Shown: positions 61,997 to 64,000 of the stretch, piece after piece | Layout of the letters: each line of letters begins with the position of its first letter | Position numbering within the stretch: the first letter of the stretch is position 1 | Source of the DNA: Antedon mediterranea | Lineage: Eukaryota > Animalia > Echinodermata | Direction: 5' to 3' | NCBI RefSeq assembly: GCF_964355755.1 | Contig: NC_092672.1 | Location: 18,675,237-18,739,236, forward strand | DNA: 64,000 bases | Notes under the pieces: model-generated | Told to the model about the DNA's origin: nothing | Database searches by the model: none | Seen by the model: the letters and a program-made list of their open reading frames with translations, nothing else | Program-made: the position numbers and the translations under genes

Positions 61997-63364
61997 TTAA
62001 AGTGTATTCTGATTGTTCCTATCTTCAATGTACGTATATCCTTGTACATCAAGATCTTCAGGAACTTGAGAAGCAAATGAATGTCTCCAGTGACCATAAT
62101 GTCCAGTACTTGGTAAACGAGGTAAAGATCGATCATAAAGACCACTATTTGAAACTCGATCTCTGGTATCATAGTACACAGTAGGTTGATATATCTCTCT
62201 ACCAGATGAATCAGTAGCAGTCCTTGTTTTACAAAAGCATTGATAATAAACAGGAATAATGACAACAACGACAACAATAATGACGACTAATATGATAATA
62301 ATGATCACAACATACAAAGAGACACTATCCTTATTTTCTTCAGTATTCCTATTTGTATTTACTTTGTGTAATTGTATTAAGTCATTATTTTCTTCTCTAT
62401 ACAATTCATTTTCTCTTACAAGTGATATTATCAAAGTAAGTGTATCTCTACTGATACCAACATTGTTTTCGGCAGAACACGTGATTATTGTTCCATTTGC
62501 CGCTATTGATGGTTTTATAAGCGTCAATACTTGTCCATCTGCAATATATTTATTTGCATTTATTACAGGTAAAAATGTCCATCTGAATTGAGTAACTGGA
62601 GGATTAGCAAATGATTGACAGAATAAAATAGAATCAGATCCGGCGAATAGTGTACTTGTGTGTTGTATTTTAACTTCTGGGCGATATTGTATATTCAGAT
62701 TTTGAACTGTACAGTTGCGCTTTCCAGGTAAAACATCTGTTGTTTGAAAACAAGTAAATGTACCATCGTTATCTAGTTTGTTTGCTTTGAATACATAATG
62801 ATTATATATAAGTGGGTCTTTATTTTCCCTCGATGTCTTCGAAAGCGAAACATCTCTTGTCTTGTAATTCCAACTTAATTGAACTGGTGGATTAATCATT
62901 TCACTAATACAAGATAACTTTATTTCCGATCCAACAACGTAACTCTCTTTTGATTGAATACATTTTGGATATTCACCTGATGGAATTTGATAAACTGCGA
63001 GATAAGCTGGTTGTGATTTAACTTTATTATTTATTTTACAGTGATATTCACCTGCATCTGTTTGCTTTAGGTTGGTAATCAGCAACAAATATGAATAAAT
63101 GTGTGTGTCACCAACTTGCTCTAGGTTTACTGACAACCTCGAATCTTTCAATAAAACTTCTGCTTGATTGCTTAACTTAACATCATCTCTCCACCACGAA
63201 ACTTCATCATTTTTTGGATTAATGTTTTCAATATAACATTTTAGCGTTGCTGCTTTACCTTCTGGTTCGCCTACATCATTGGGTCTTGCAGTAAAATGTC
63301 CACATTCTACAATATGTACAACTACGACGCAAATTACGTATGTACGTATTATTATTATTTCCAT
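61997..63364 (-). CDS. IgSF receptor B3: divergent ectodomain, near-identical TM and tail
   Basis: V-set LKC..WWR..DAGEYHC; identical to B1/B2 from SLYVVIII onward apart from single residues; 455 aa. Confidence 0.92.
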   Translation of the reverse strand: MEIIIIRTYVICVVVVHIVECGHFTARPNDVGEPEGKAATLKCYIENINPKNDEVSWWRDDVKLSNQAEVLLKDSRLSVNLEQVGDTHIYSYLLLITNLKQTDAGEYHCKINNKVKSQPAYLAVYQIPSGEYPKCIQSKESYVVGSEIKLSCISEMINPPVQLSWNYKTRDVSLSKTSRENKDPLIYNHYVFKANKLDNDGTFTCFQTTDVLPGKRNCTVQNLNIQYRPEVKIQHTSTLFAGSDSILFCQSFANPPVTQFRWTFLPVINANKYIADGQVLTLIKPSIAANGTIITCSAENNVGISRDTLTLIISLVRENELYREENNDLIQLHKVNTNRNTEENKDSVSLYVVIIIIILVVIIVVVVVIIPVYYQCFCKTRTATDSSGREIYQPTVYYDTRDRVSNSGLYDRSLPRLPSTGHYGHWRHSFASQVPEDLDVQGYTYIEDRNNQNTL

Positions 63365-63856
63365 TTGAAGAATTCCTGATTGCGATTTTCAATATTTTAC
63401 CAGTATAATAATGAAAGTTTATGCGCTGAATACCTACAACATAATCCGAACGTTTAAGAGTCTAAATATGAGAGTAATATTAAATGAATATTAAATTCAC
63501 ATTAAATGAACATATTACCTCCAAGTTTCATCATTCGATTCCTAATGCTGTTATTGTTTATTTAACAATATTACCGATCTCTCATATTTATATCCTTCGC
63601 AAAATTAAAATGAAAAAGATCTTACTAGCATTAAAACGATACAACGCATACTGGATATTAAGTTGTGTTACTGGTATGGGCAAAATGAAGTTTTCATAAT
63701 AATACAATAATCACACTAGGCCAACCTCCAAAATTAGTTTCAGTGTTTTTGTTTTTTCAGAGTTTTGTTGTAATAATTCTTAAAACGAAAGAAAGTTGAG
63801 AAGAAGGTTTTTGTATAATTATCTTTTGCATCCAAACAGTCGATAGGAAGCTTGAT

Positions 63857-64000
63857 TTAATCTTGAAGTGTATTTTGATTGTTCTTATCTTCAATATACG
63901 TATATCCTTGTACATCAAGATCTTCAGGAACTTGAGAAGCAAATGAATGTCTCCAGTGACCATAATGTCCAGTACTTGGTAATCGAGGTAAAGATCGATC
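63857..64000 (-). CDS. IgSF receptor B4, 3' end only (runs off the window)
   Basis: ...DRSLPRLPSTGHYGHWRHSFASQVPEDLDVQGYTYIEDKNNQNTLQD*. Confidence 0.8.
   Translation of the reverse strand, partial: DRSLPRLPSTGHYGHWRHSFASQVPEDLDVQGYTYIEDKNNQNTLQD

Overview
AT-rich eukaryotic genomic DNA with GT-AG introns, MITEs, a Deu-type SINE and LINE relics. It is most likely from an invertebrate deuterostome such as an echinoderm (inference only). The left third holds an unknown 630-aa ORF that appears nested antisense in an intron of a CTR/SLC31-type copper-transporter gene, a 4-exon ARMC5-like ARM+BTB gene whose first intron is packed with nested MITEs, and a 4.4-kb 38/40-bp minisatellite with an AP-1 site in every unit. 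The main system is two related tandem clusters of intronless immunoglobulin-superfamily receptor genes on the minus strand (signal peptide, V-type Ig, two further Ig domains, TM, Tyr-containing tail). Cluster A has 10 intact genes plus a tail relic (25959-43180). Cluster B has 3 genes plus a partial fourth (57491-64000). In cluster A only the signal peptide and V domain are highly diversified, while the rest is nearly identical and shows mosaic, gene-conversion-like patches. Each cluster A gene is preceded by a fixed-spacing bipartite motif (TGTCC-N17-TGTTTNNCGTT on +). This looks like a germline-diversified variable receptor array (immune, allorecognition or self-avoidance).
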